A stretch of DNA of 64,000 nt from Camelus dromedarius (GCF_036321535.1 NC_087436.1:24492001-24556000); one strand, 5' to 3'. Counted from the first letter of the stretch, positions 23,585 to 37,091 are shown. Numbers and translations are program-made. Notes: generated by a model from the sequence alone, not told the origin.

Positions 23585-25620
23585 TGTATTCAGTAAGCAT
23601 TTGTTGAGTACATAGTATGTGGCAGTCTCTGTGTTAGGGCATACAAAAGTGAGCTGAACAAAGTCTGCTCACAGTTAAGTGGATGAGACATTGCATAAAC
23701 AAAATATTTATAATTATCTAGTAATAAATACAGTATCATGACATGAACAAGGTACTGTGGAAACACAGAAGAGGAAGTAGTTAATTGCTGGGAGAAGTCA
23801 GGAGAGGCTTTTTGAACAAGGTGACTTCCAGGCAGAAAGGGCTGACAGGGGAGATCCACTGAGAACAGAAAGGGAAGGAGAGGAGGGATGTTCCGGGAAC
23901 AGCAAGTACAAGTACCACACTTTGATAAGGCTAGAGTACAGGGTGCCCATAAAGAAGTGGCAGAAATGAGGCAGAAGCTGTGGGCAAGAACCAAAGCATC
24001 AAGGGTTTTCAAAGGAGTTTGCACTTTATCCTGAAGGTTCTGGGGAACCTCTGAAAGACAGGTTGGAAAGATCACCTGTCAGCAGTGTGGAGAGTGGATG
24101 GGAGGTGGGGGAAGAATAAGAACAGTGCCAGTGAAGAAGGGTATCTGCTGGTTCAAAATCTCGGGGGAGGGGCTGGTAGGCATGCTTGTTTAAAACAAAC
24201 CAGGTGATGCTGATGCACGTCCCTCTCCCTCCCTCAACACTACCTCCCAAACAAATCGGGGCAGTGATAGTGGAAAAGAGACAGGTTTAAGAACTATAAA
24301 GGAGACAGAAGCCACAGGGTTGAGTGACAGATTAAATCTGGGGGTCAGGGAAGGGAGGGCAGAGTCTAGGTATGACTTGGGTGATTGGTAGGTAATGGTA
24401 GCAAATAAGGAAATTGGGTGGAGATGCCTCTCTCAGGGAGGACTCTGAGTTCAGATCAGAACCTGTCATTGAGATGTGCCCGTGGAACACCCAGATGGAG
24501 TCAATTTGTAGGCAAATAAAACTAAAGACCTGGAGTTCATAACAGGGTCAGGGCCAAACATTTCAGAGAGTTTAGTAGTTGTGATTCAGGAAAACAGATG
24601 TAGGGCATGAGAAGGGCCATGTCCCAGGTCTTGGTTGAGCCCCTGGAACGTGCCCCGCCAAATGTGGGTCCTTGGCTTCACACAGGAAGAATTTAAGTGC
24701 GAGCCACCGTTGAGTAAAGGTAGAGTTATTTAGAGAGATACATACTGCATAGAGTGTAAGGCAAGAGAAAGGCAAGAAAAGAGGTATGGGAATTGGGTAC
24801 TCAGGTTAGACGGAGTGTGGGCCATCTCCAAAGAGGAGGGAGCGAAAAAGTCCACTAGGCGTAGTGTTGTCATGTTTTATGGTCTCAGTAGCTTCACATG
24901 CCTCCAAGTGGGACCATTCCAATTGCCCTGGGGAAAGGGCTGAGGTTACCAGGAATTAGGCCATCGCCCATTCTTTGGCCTTTTTCGGTTAGCCTTGGGA
25001 CTGTCACGGCGCCTGTGGGCATGTTATTTGATTACGCTGTTACAACGAGCTTATGATGAAGCTCAAGGTCACCTAGAAGTCAAACCTCTTAATTCTCAAG
25101 GCCAACTAGGAGGTGAGTCTTCCACCATTTTGGTGTTAAATTGCTGTCATTCCTTGAGTGGCTGTGCCCCGCCCCCTTCCATCCTGTCTCAGCTGGATCC
25201 ATGGGTAATGAGATCAGCCACAAAATGTCCTTTAAGTAAGATAAGAAAAGTGTTAAGGATGAAATTCCTGTGAAACACACACCTTTAAGGATGGTTGGAA
25301 GGGAAGGAGACTTGAGACCTGGTCAGAGAAGGAGAACAGTGAGAGATTAGTATCTTCGAAATAAGGTAACAAGGCTGAAACAGTGATGAGTGCTCCTAAG
25401 AGGTCAAGGTCCTTTGGATTTGACAATTACAAGGTTGCTCTTTATGTGAATAGTAGCAGGTTGGCGAGATGGTGGTGGAAACCAGATTGCAGTTGTCAGT
25501 GGGCCTGGAAGGCAGGAGACCAATGAAAAAACAGTGGGATAAAGAGCCAGGTGAATGTTCTTTTCCTCTGAAAATTGGAGCAAACTGAAAATATAAATTG
25601 AGGAGAAGGAGCCAAGAAAC
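23585..25620 (-). mobile_element. L2 LINE fragment split by a solo LTR
   Basis: L2 3' end ttcagtaagcatttgttgagtac...; purine-rich L2 body resumes after 25195. Confidence 0.65.
24582..25191 (-). mobile_element. ERV1-type solo LTR, family A copy 1
   Basis: TG...CA; 4-bp TSD gttg/gctg; similar to copies at 46320, 55267, 59773. Confidence 0.85.
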
Positions 25621-25754
25621 AGAAGTTGTAGTTTTTCTCCTATTGAGACGTTCTGCTTAGCGCTGCTGTTTGCGCAGCAGTTCCACTAGTTCCTTTGTCT
25701 ATTAAAGTCTGACTTCAGCTGTCTGAAGTGAAGCTGTATATACACACACATGTA

Positions 25755-26302
25755 TGTTACCGAACAAAATTCATGTGTCTGGCGCACAGTGAGGGCAAAT
25801 AAAGGAGTTTGGAGCAGAGAAAGGTTCATTGCAGGGCAGAGCAAGGACAGGTGGCTTGTGCTCAAAAAAACCTGAATGGTTTTCAGGGAAAAGTTTTTAT
25901 AGACAAAATTTGGAGTGAGGGCTGCAGGGTGTGTGACTTTTTTCTGATTGATTGGTGGTGATGTCACAGGGCAGTGTCCAGGAATCTGTGCTCAGCCTGA
26001 AGTAACCATCCTCCATCTGGGTGGGAGCCTTAGTTGCTGCAGAAGAACTCAAAGATATCATTAAGTATATCCCTTGAGGAGGAACCAGGATCCTGCTTTA
26101 ATAGCTACATTATCCTTTCTTGACTGCTCCTCCCTTGTCTCTGCATCCCCTCCCTTCCCTGATTAGCAACTGTGTGAATCTGCCCTTTGGAACTCAGGGA
26201 ACGTCAAGGGGGCTGAAGGAAGCCCATTTCCTATGAACAAGAAATGGAGGACACAGAAAGGATTTGTACCAGGAAGGACCCCTCAGTGTCCTGCTCTGTT
26301 TC

Positions 26303-26303
<1 letters not shown>
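25755..26303 (-). mobile_element. ERV1-type solo LTR, family B copy 1
   Basis: TG...CA; TSD tgta/ttta; similar to 47885-48625 and 49043-49590. Confidence 0.8.

Positions 26304-26306
<3 letters not shown>

Positions 26307-26349
<43 letters not shown>
26307..26349. repeat. (CA)n microsatellite, about 21 units
   Basis: Read directly. Confidence 0.95.
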
Positions 26350-26359
<10 letters not shown>

Positions 26360-26374
26360 CACACATAATGTGGT

Positions 26375-26710
26375 CATGAGGGCAAGGGAAATCTCTCTCC
26401 CTCTTCTTATAAGGCTACCTACCAATCCTGTCGGATCAGAGCCCTACCCTTATGACCTCATTTAACTTTTTTTTAGGTTTTTTTGGGGGGAGAGGAGGTA
26501 ATTAGGTTTATTTATTGTGGAGGTACTGGGGATTAAACCCAGGACCTCGTGCATGCTAATCATGTGCTCTACCACTAGAGCTATACCCTCTCTCCACACC
26601 TTAATTATCTTCTTGAAGACATTATCTCCGAATATAGTCATATTGGAGGTTAGGGCTTCACAATATGAGTTTGGGGTTGGGGTGGGGGGACACAATTCAG
26701 TCCATAGCAC
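26375..26710. mobile_element. MLT1 (MaLR) LTR fragment with a tRNA-Ala SINE inserted at about 26467-26595 (minus)
   Basis: cccttatgacctcatttaac...ggttagggcttc...ggacacaattcagtccatagca; SINE head reads on minus strand. Confidence 0.8.
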
Positions 26711-27432
26711 TGTCAAAGACCAGAACTATATCAGTCAAAGAGTAGTCAAAACAAAACAAAGTAATGAAGGTTCTATCACTATAAATTATTTTTCAGCTTT
26801 TAATACCTGAAGTGATATCATCTTTGCCATATTTAAAAATGCAGAAAAATTCCAATTGCTTTGACTGTATTGTTATAGTCATTAAAGATATTCATTCAAA
26901 AATCTATGTTAGACTCTTTTGGAGTTTTTTTCCTTCATTATATCCCTTTTCCCAAATGGTAACACTGTTCCATGTGTCTTTTCAGAGGATCAACAGGTGT
27001 CCTGGACCAGGAGAATGTGGCTCTCAGAACTCTTACTGGGACTGCAAAGGTATGATTGATCTGTGCCCTCAGGGGCTTTGTTCTAACACTCTTCACCACC
27101 ATGGAGCTGGGGCCTTGTTTCTCACAAAGTCCTCCAGGCCACAACTGAGCTCGCTGGGGACACTAAGGCAGGCGCGTTCCTTCGAGATGGGGGCAGGGGA
27201 GCTACACTGAAGGGTGAATTTGGCTGGAAAGCTCCCCAGCACCATTCCAAACTCATAACTGCACTGCCACCTATGGTCCCTCCTTCCTTTCTTCCTCCCT
27301 TCCCTCTTTCTCATCCTGTTTCAGACCCTAGGATGCAGACCACTCTGCAGAATGATAGCTGTCTCAGCCTCCTGCAGGCAACTTCCCCAGTTTCTCGCGC
27401 CTTGCTCTAATAAATCTTGTGCGTGTATCAAA

Positions 27433-27878
27433 TGCTAATTCCCAAATATCACTCATGAGATAAAACCGAATTTATTGCTCACCATTGAAAGGGGAGTTAC
27501 ACCTCAGAGAGCCTGTTCATGGTTCAAAGGGGGAAGAGCAAGGCCTGGTTTTATTGAGATTTTGAAGTTTGGTTTAAGGCAGGTCTATCAATGAGGGGAT
27601 CTGGTATGAATTGTGATGCAGTTGTAATTTAGGATTGGTGGAAACAGCAAGGCAAGGAATATGAAGCCAGGAATCCAAAGAGTGTTAGTAGGAAAACTGT
27701 GGATGCTTTTTATTAAAGAGTTGATGATCTTTCAAACAAGTTCCTGTAATGAGCAATAAAGTTATTTGCCTGGGCAAGAGTCTCCTGCAATAGTAAAGTT
27801 ATGCTAAAGAAGACTAAGGAACAGTAAGTCATGTTAATGTAGACTATAAACTATGAAAGTAGGTGGTTTCGGTTTTCA
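27433..27878. mobile_element. Probable old ERV LTR
   Basis: TG...CA-bounded, LTR-like composition; family not identified. Confidence 0.4.
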
Positions 27879-28021
27879 TAGTTAATTACTTCTTGGTGTC
27901 TACTTTTTGGATGACACAGACTTACACAGGTACCAATTTAAAAGCAAATTAAAAAACCTTGTTTTCTTTGACATAGTAATGAACACTCAAACTCTTACAG
28001 TACTCCATGATGAAAAGTTAC

Positions 28022-29794
28022 TTTTTTTTTGTATATATATTTATTGAAGTATAGTCAGTTTACAATGTTGTATCAATTTCTGGTGTACAGCATAATGTTT
28101 CAGTCATACATGAACATACATATATTCTTTTTTACCATAAGTTACTTTAAGATATTGAAAATAGTTCTCTGTGTTATACAGTATAAACTTGTTTATCTAT
28201 TTTATATATATTAGTATCTGCAAATCTCAAACTCTCAATTTATCCCTTCTTATCCCCTTCATCCTCAGTAACCATAAATTTGTTTTCTATGTCTGTGAGT
28301 CTGTTTCTGTTTTGTAAATAAGTTCTTTTGTCTTTTTTTTTTTTTTTTTTAAGATTCCACATATAAGTGATATCATATGGTGTTTTTCTTTCTCTTTCTG
28401 GCTTACTTCACTTAGAATGACAATCTCCGATTCATCTATGTTGCTACAAATGACTTTATTTTATTATTTTTTATGGCTGAGTAGTATTCCATTATGTAAA
28501 TATACCACAATTTCTTTATCTAGTCATCTGTTGATAGACATTTAAGTTGTTTCATGTCTTGGCTATTGAAAATAGTGCTGCTATGAAAATTGGGGGGGTT
28601 CATGTATCTTTTCTTTCTTTCTTTCTTTTTTTTGATTTTTAAAACTTGTTTTATTTTGTTTTTCCACTCTTTATTATTTTTTTTTTTCACGTATCTTTTC
28701 AAATTAAAGTTCCCTCTGAACCCAGGAGTGGGATTGGTGGATCATATGGTAAGTCTATTTTTAGTCTTTTGAGGAATCTCCATACTGTTTTCCATAATGG
28801 CTGCACCAAACTAGATTCCCACCGGCAGAGTAAGAGGGGTCCCTTTTCTCCATACTCTGTCCAGCATTTATCATTCATGAACTTTTGAATGATGGCCATT
28901 CTGACTGTTGTGAGGTGATACCTTGTTGTAGTTTTGATTTGCATTTCTTTGATAATTAGTGATACTGACCATTTCTTCATGTGCGTATTGGCCATTTGTA
29001 TGTCATCATTGGAGAATTGTTTGTTTAGGTCTTTTGCCTATTTTTGGATTGGGTTGTTTGTTTTTTAATTATTAAGTTGTGTAAGCTGTTTATATATTCT
29101 AGAAATTAAGCCCTTGTCAGTTTCATCTTTTGCAAATATTTTCTCCCGTTCCATAGGTAGGTTGTCTTTTTGTTTTGCTTGTGGTTTCCTTTGCTGTGTG
29201 AAAGCTTATAAGCTTAATTAGGTCTCATTTGTTTATTTTTGCTTTTATTTCTATTGCCTGGGTAGACCGCCTTATGAGAACATTGCTGAGATTTATGTCA
29301 GAGAATGTTTTGCCAATGTTTTCTTCTAAGAGGTTTATAGTGTCTTGTCTTCTGTTTAAGTCTTAATCCATTTTGGGTTTATTTTTATGTATGGTTGAGG
29401 GAGTGTTTTAACTTCATTAATTTACATGGAGCTGTCCAGTTATCCCAACACCATTTGCTGAACAGACTGTCTTTACTCCATTGTATGTTCTTGCCTCCTT
29501 TGTCAAAGATTAATTGATCAGATTTTGAAATACAAAACCAGTGTTTTATAATTGTACACTGTTTTAAAGTCTATTAAAACTGTCATTAAAAAAAAGATTA
29601 ATTGACCAAAAGTTTATGAGTTTATTTCTGAGCTCTCTATTATGTTCCATTGATCCATATGTCTGTTTTTGTACCAAAACCATGCTGTTTTGATCACTGT
29701 AACTCTGTAGTATTGTCTGAAGTCTGGGAGGGTTATTCCTCCAGCTTCATTCTTTTTCTTCAGTGTTGCTTTGACAATTCTGGGTCTTTTGTGA
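28022..29794 (-). mobile_element. 5'-truncated L1 (3' UTR plus ORF2 C-terminal remnant)
   Basis: Poly(T) at 28022; ORF 28699-28995 translates to L1 ORF2 C-terminus ([19 protein letters not shown]...[10 protein letters not shown]). Confidence 0.92.
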
Positions 29795-30018
29795 AGGAGA
29801 AGTTACATTTTACTCTTTATTAGATTAATTTCTACATGGGCTCAAAGGGACCATTAGATTTCCTCTATATTCCTGAGTCATAACATTATCCAAAGGTATC
29901 TCATGGTCTTATTCATGAAAGTTCAGGCCCATTGCTGCCAAATGAAATTATTATTGTTTCCTGCTTCCTATCTATGAACCAAATATACTTTTTCATGATT
30001 AAAATTAAAGCATAGCAA

Positions 30019-30555
30019 TGTCAGGGAGAAATTTTCCTTTACCCTTCTAGGTTCTTCTGGCTGGTCTAAGAAGTAAATTGACATGAGATAGATGAACAGG
30101 AGAAAATCACACAAAAGTTTCATAACATGTATACACGGTGGAGACCCAGGAAAACCAGGAAACTTGCCAAAATGGTAGAAACCCTCACCTCTAATACCAC
30201 TGTCAGCTAAAAACAAAAGAGACTGTTGAGGGTAATGGTTTGGGACTTCTAAAGGGAGGAAGGTAGTTCACATGGATATGGAAAAGCAAATGTTCGGTAA
30301 ATGTTTGCTGGGCCATGCAGTGATAGTGGGACACAGAGTGAATTGTGGTCTCTAGGCCCTGCCTGGAGTGTCCTCCACCTCACCACACCTAGCCCATATT
30401 CTTTGCAGATCTCTCTGGTGATAGCTCTATTCCAACAGACCCTCTATCTAAATTCTTTAGGCAGCTAAGGGAGAGGTAAAAAGAAGGACTTTCGTTTCTT
30501 AAAAATAATCCTCATGCCAAAGAGATTTTGGGGTGGCAAATTTTGCTCTCCTACA
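30019..30555 (-). mobile_element. ERV1-type solo LTR, family C (MER34-like) copy
   Basis: TG...CA with perfect TSD gcaa/gcaa; similar to 42018-42585, 44264-44796, 33235-33400, 48640-48871. Confidence 0.85.
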
Positions 30556-30699
30556 GCAATTAGCTCAGAATAAAAAGTATAGATCTTATTCCTTAAAAGA
30601 TAAGTATATAAAGCAAAAGATTTCATGTTGTATTAAAAGAACATTTATTGTATTGTTGAAATCTTCAAAGCTTTAGGAAAAATGACAGTATAATTTATC

Positions 30700-31170
30700 A
30701 GTTAGAAATTGTCTTTAGCTGATAAGAAACCTGAAATAACAGTAGCTTAAAGCAAGATAGAGCTTTATTTTTTCTTATGTTATATAGCATAGAGGGCAGG
30801 CAGTCCAGGGTTGGTGTGATGTCTCCACATCACCAGAGATTCTGACTCCTTAAATCTTTCTGCTCTGTCATCCACTGAGCAGAGATTCCATCCTTAAGTT
30901 TACCTCATTGTATAAGACTGGGCTGTTGGAACCATCCTGTCTGCATTCTAGGCAGGAAGCAGAAGAAGGAAAGCAAGGGGCCACATCAGCTATCTGTTCC
31001 CATTTCAAAGAGCCTTTCTAAAAGGACTTTCAACAGTTTCCATATATATATATTTTATTAATCATCTGGCCATACCTGTCAGCAATACAGATTAGAAATG
31101 TGGTCTTCCAGCTGAATACACTGCTTTCAAGAAAACAAGAGAACCTGAAATTAGGCTGGCAACTAGCAGT
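30700..31170. mobile_element. Old MLT1 LTR
   Basis: aacagtagcttaaagcaagatagag...gcaggcagtccagggttgg...ggcaactagcagtttctc pattern. Confidence 0.55.
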
Positions 31171-31599
31171 TTCTCTTATATATAAGAACTAAGGAATTCA
31201 ACTTTTATATCTGAAGTAGGCATGCGATAAATGATTCAAAGTTAAACTGTGTCAGGGTAAATAACACCAGGGAATGGGATGGACATAGGAACATATTCAC
31301 TTGACAGTTTTGTTGTCACCTGCTGTTAAATCTTGCCATTGACATAATAATGATTAAAAACCAAACTTTTTCCTATTTCAGTTGTTCTTGAAACAAATAT
31401 TTAAATGTCTCCCATATGCCAGGCACTGTTCAGATGCTTGAGATAGATCAGTAAACCAAGATTCCTGCCCTTATGGAGATTCTAGCAGGGGTATGTAGAC
31501 AATGAACAGTAAGTCAGTACTTCAATGATGAAGACATAACATAAATTTCAGGTCTTAAACCACACTTTGTAGCACACTAGGTCTGTCTTAACTATCTTC

Positions 31600-31985
31600 T
31601 GTCAAATGACCAAACTAAAACCATTTAGTTAGATTTGATATCCTTTGTTCAAGGGAACATGGTCCATAGGTTGGGGGAGGACAGTGCTTCCTGAGCAGTG
31701 GAGAATTCTGCCCGAGGGACTTTGAACAAGTTTTCTAGAGCTTTCAAAAGAGCAAGTGGAAACAGGGCGTGATTGGCCAGGAGGTCAGGGATTTCCCTGT
31801 AAGACTGGCATGTCCTAGTTCCTGGGGTAAGGTGAGCTGGCCAAAGCCAAGTTGGAGGACAGTGATTGGTGTCTGTTAGGTTTCCTTGACAGGGAGGCGT
31901 TGTGGTAAGTGCAGACTAACTTAGGTTTAGATTAATGACATGTGGAGGGTCACTGGGGTGGCCTCCATTTTGTGGGTCCCAATAT
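31600..31985. mobile_element. Probable ERV LTR
   Basis: Starts tgtcaaatgacc; CCAAT-like gattgg motifs; family not identified. Confidence 0.4.
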
Positions 31986-33036
31986 ACCAATTAAATTTAT
32001 CACTTCTCAACATACATATAAGTTGCTACAAGCTTTTGGAAACATGCAATGAAACGGTCATATCCTTTGGTTCATTAATTTCTTAGGAATCAGAATCTAT
32101 CCAAGGAAATAATCCTAAATATCAAAATGCTTTCTGTAGAAAGAAATTAGTCCTTTCCCCTCGTTACTTAAAATTGGAGATAACAGGAAGCAGTCTGTCC
32201 GTGATAGGGTGAAATATACCATAACACCTCCATTGGCATTAAGTGACATTAAAACTACCTGCTGACATGGAGAGATGCTTATAATATAGTGTTAAGTGAA
32301 GAAAAACAGTGATGCAAAATTATTGGAAGAAAATACTCCAAAATATTAATAGTGATTATCTTTGAAAGTTGGCTTTTTTTGCCCCCAGTATTTGGATACA
32401 TTTTTCTAATTTTCTCAATTGATCATCTATAAACTGGTTAAAAATTAGGAGTTAACACAACTAATAGAGACTGGATTTACTTGATTCTATTGTGGGTGCT
32501 AGGTAATTAACTTCTACAAATGCTAAACTCACAGTGATATGCTTCTGGGGTTTTAACTTTATATGCAAAGATCTGATAAAGGTTTTTAATAATTGGCCCT
32601 GAGAACCATTTGAGTAAATTGAAATCACATCAGATTTTGACTACTTGGCTCTGAAGAGTGAAGAGCTAAAAAGAACCAACACTGCTTCCATTGATGGGAT
32701 TGAAGCTCTTTTAGTGTCACAAGGAAGCCTCTTTAGAGATCATCTGCTCAATCCTTTTTACTTACCAATAAGAAAAGGGAGACCCTTAGGGTTAGGTGGG
32801 TGATAACTAGGCAGGGATTGAGAGTTAGGTTTCCTGACTTTCCAGGAAACCAAGCCCCTAGAATCAAACCAGAGCCTTAGGATTCAAGATTCAACTACCC
32901 AGTGCAGGCTGTTAAAAACAAACAAACAAACAAACAATCTGAGAACATTAATGGAAAGAGGGAAAAGAGTGAAAAGTTGTCACGATATTTGGACAACATC
33001 TGCTTGAAAATATAAACAAAGAGGCTATCTAGGGTT

Positions 33037-33552
33037 TCCTTTTTTAACAACTTTATTGAGATATAATTCATATACCATACAATTTATTAAAAGTGAACAA
33101 TTCAATGGTTTTGAAACAGTCAATTTTAAAACATTTTGATAACCCCAAGAAGGAATGCCATAGATATTAGCAGTCACTCTGTATTTCTCTGTAAATCCCA
33201 CATCCCTAGGCAACCATGAATTTACTTTCCACCATAGGGGAGGAAGAAAATTTCCTCCAGCCTTCTTCTCTCTGGTCTAAGAATTAAATTGACATGACAC
33301 AGATTAACAAGAATTAAATTAACATGACACAGAAAATCAAACAAAACTTAATAATACATATACATGGGAGAGACAGAAAAACTGAGTAACTCACCAAAAG
33401 CTTGAACATTTGTGTATAAGTTTTTGTGTAGACATAATGATGTCATTTCTCTCTGATATAAACCTAAGGGAGGAATTGCTGGGTCATATGGTAACTCTTG
33501 TGTTTAGCCTTTTGAGGGACTGTCAGACTGTTTTGCAAAGCAACTGCACCAT

Positions 33553-33589
<37 letters not shown>

Positions 33590-34815
33590 ATTACCCAACT
33601 TATTAATTTACCTGCATTATTCCTTATACCAGACCATAAGCCCCAAAGCAGAGCTGGGTTAACGGCTATCTCCTCAGGCACTGCACCTGACCTCTCTTGC
33701 CCCCAAATCCCAGAGTGCCGAAGGGGCAGGAGTCTTGGGATTACTTTAGTAAACATTTCCTACAAATACCTTTTAAAATTTCCATTAAAAGGGTAGGCAG
33801 CTGGCAACCCCAGTCCCTGCCAGTCTACCCACTGCACCATTTTATATTCCCACCAGCAATGTAGGATGGTTCCCAGTTCTCCCCAAACTCACCAGCACTT
33901 GTTACTATCTGCTTATTTATAGCCATCCTAGCTAGTAGGTGCAAAGTGGTATCTCATTGTAATTTTGATTTGCATTTACTTTATGATTAATGATGTTTGG
34001 AGAAATGTTTATTCAGATGTTTTGTCCATTTAAAAAGATTGGATTACTTATCTTTTTATTACTGAGTTGTATATATTTGGATAGAAGCGTCTTATCAGAT
34101 ATATGATTTGCACATATTTTCCCCTATTCTGTGGATTTTCTTTTCCATTTCTAGATTTAAAACACAAAAGTTTTAAATTTTGATGAAATCAAGTATATTT
34201 ATTTATTTATTTTTGTCACTTGTGCATTGGTGTCATATCTAAGAAACCATTGCCTAATTCAAGGTCATAAAGATTTACTCCTGTATTTTCTTCTAAGAGC
34301 TTTGTAATTTTAGCTCTTATATTTAGATCTATAATCCATTTTGAGTTAGTTTTTGTATATGGTGTTAGGTAAGGGTCCAACTTTAAACTGTCTTGGCACT
34401 CTTGCTGAAAATCATTTGACATGAATGTAAAGGTTTATTTCTGGACTCTCAAGTCTATTCTCTTGATTTAGATGTCTATCCTGATGCTAGTACCAGACTG
34501 TCTTGATTATGGTAGCTTTGTGATGAGTTTTGAAATTGGAAAGTGTGAGTCCTTTAAATTTGTTCTTCTTTTTCAAGTTTTATTGGCTATTTGAGGTCCC
34601 TTGAATTTCTATATGAATTTTAAGATCAACTTATCAATTTCTGCTAAAAAGCCAGCTGGGATTTCAGAAACATTTTGAATCTATAGATCTATTTAGGAAG
34701 GATTGCCATTTTAACAATATTAAATCTTCTGATCAATGAACATAGGATATCTTTCCATTTATTTAGGTATTCTTTAATTTCTTTCAACAATATTTTGTAG
34801 TTTTTAGAGTATAAG
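33037..34815 (-). mobile_element. L1M element with nested LTR fragment (33235-33400) and a 273-bp retro-insertion (33558-33830)
   Basis: L1 3' end ctttattgagatataattcatataccatac; ORF 34216-34422 resembles L1 ORF2 (LDPYLTPYTKTNSKWIIDLN). Confidence 0.88.
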
Positions 34816-37091
34816 GACAGCTTGGTTTTGTAGAAAGAGCAATGGTCTTGGAATTAGTCGGGTCTGGATTTGAATCCCAATTTTATCATTCAAAGAAACT
34901 CAGTGACACTGGGAAAGTTATGTAATTTCACCAAACTGCTTTTTTCATCTGTATGATGGAGGCTGCCGTACCAATTTCACAATTGTTAGATGAAATACTG
35001 GAAATACCCTCATCGATAGACTCTACCTCATAGTAGGTGTTCAACAATATTAATTCCTTTGGGAAAATTCCTTTCAGTGTTACATCATCTCATGGTATAT
35101 TTTCTAATTGATGTATGTCATTGTTTTGTTTTTATGTGGACTTGTTTTTAAACAGTAAGCTATTTACTCTTGTCCATTTTCTGCATGATGGTAGCCAGAC
35201 CAATTTCCTAAAATACTATTTCCAATTATGTTATACTTCTGTTGCATAACCTGCATTTCAGCCTGTTACTTTCACTATAGAATCTAAACTTCCCTAAATT
35301 TCCAGGTCTCACCCTACCCAGTCAACATTCTATACTGGGTGGTCTTCTCTCTACAAAAATTGGAGCAGAGATTCTATGTTGTATAGCAGGGCAAAGAGAG
35401 TTGGAATGCCATTTGGGCTTTCTGTCACAGATATCTGTTCCTTCATCCCCATAATATGTGCCCAACAAAATCAGGTTTGGACAATGCAGGCAGCTGTGTA
35501 GTCAAGAACATTCTGTCCTCCAGGCTTCAGGTTGTACGGCTCTGTGGTTAAGCAGAGCTCCTCTCTATTGATAGTGAAGTAGTAAAATATAGACTGTTTT
35601 TGATATACAGACAGTTGACAGGATTGGAAATGTAGAATGTTAAAACCAAGAGTCCATTATTATGGGATTATATGAAACCATGTCTGTGAAAATATTGAAA
35701 ATTATTAAGCACTATAGAATTTAAAGAATCTTTCATTCAATAAAACAAAGAATCAAACAAACCAATAGTCCAAAGCCAATCATTCAAAATGGAAATAAAT
35801 AAGCAAAGAAACTATTACACTGTAATTATGATTATAAACATTATGTTTGTAATCCTTTTGCCTAGAGTTATCAGTCTCCAGCTGACAGCCAAAGCCTTCC
35901 ATGGCAACCAAATCTCTGGTGTCCATCTGTGAAACTCATAACAATAAAAAATAGAAGCAAATTAAAATTTAAAAACCTACAAGATACCAATTGGTTTAAT
36001 GACCATATGGATTCCACACCTCCCTGAAAGTGTTTTGTGGGGATAAAAAACCAGTTAAAAAGTTTTTCCTTGGATATCTTTCTGAAACTAGTGCACTAGA
36101 GGCAGGTGTGAGTATTTCAGCACAACCTAAAGACTTTACAGGCCTTAGATCCTCTTCTTAATGGACTCTTGTCTAATCACAGTCCTCCCACTCAGAGCAC
36201 CTAATTAACTGGCCTACGGTTTGTCCTGAGCACGTACCCAGGTCTTTTTCCCCCCCTTGGTTTGTTTTTCAACGTACCCAGCTCTGAATCTTGTCCAACA
36301 AAGTTTTTACCAACCTAAAACAATTGTCATAATGTTTTTGCATACATTTATTTCTGGCTTCTTTCCCAGTTAAGGAAATGTGTTCCCCAGTTCAGTCCTC
36401 ACCTATGGAGCTATGTGTCATAAATTCTAAGATAAAAGTTTTGTTTTCCTCTTAACATTTTAACACCTTAGAAGTTGAGATGTTCTCTCAAATGCAATAA
36501 AATTCAGTATTTATATTCATCAGATGTGTAAATGATAACCAATCCTTCCCTAACCCTTTTTTTGGGGATCTGCTTTTCTTCACCTGATACTAAGGAACCC
36601 ATGATTTCTCTGCCCTATGCTAAATTCTCGTTGTGTGAGTTGGGCCTGACCAGCCTGAGCTGTGTTAGTAACGGGAACATCATGGAACCAACGTCCCAGG
36701 TCCCAAAGGATATAAGTTCTTTGAATTTTAGTATATTCTTAGACATTTTTTTCCTGGTGTCTAAATATTCTGTCCTCCAGTGTACAAATGCAAAGGCCCC
36801 AATCTTACTTTTTTGTTTGGCTTAAATATCATCTGTTTATAAGAGATCAAGCTGTAAGATAAGTACATTTCCCATGTCTAATATTTCAGATGCCGTCTCT
36901 ACTTTTTCTCCATCCAGTGCTGTGTGTCAGCACTTAGGCAGACTAAAGAACTTGATACTTTGTTGACATTAGAGAGTCAATCTCTGAACTACTTGCTCAT
37001 GTAAATAATAACCAAGTTATCTTATTATAATCAAATTTTGGTGTGCCCTGATAAGCTATCTGTATCTGTACCTTAAAAAAAAGGAAATAGA

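Noticed and set aside
28699..28995. L1 ORF2-like peptide as a functional gene
   Set aside because: Fragment of a 5'-truncated, interrupted L1
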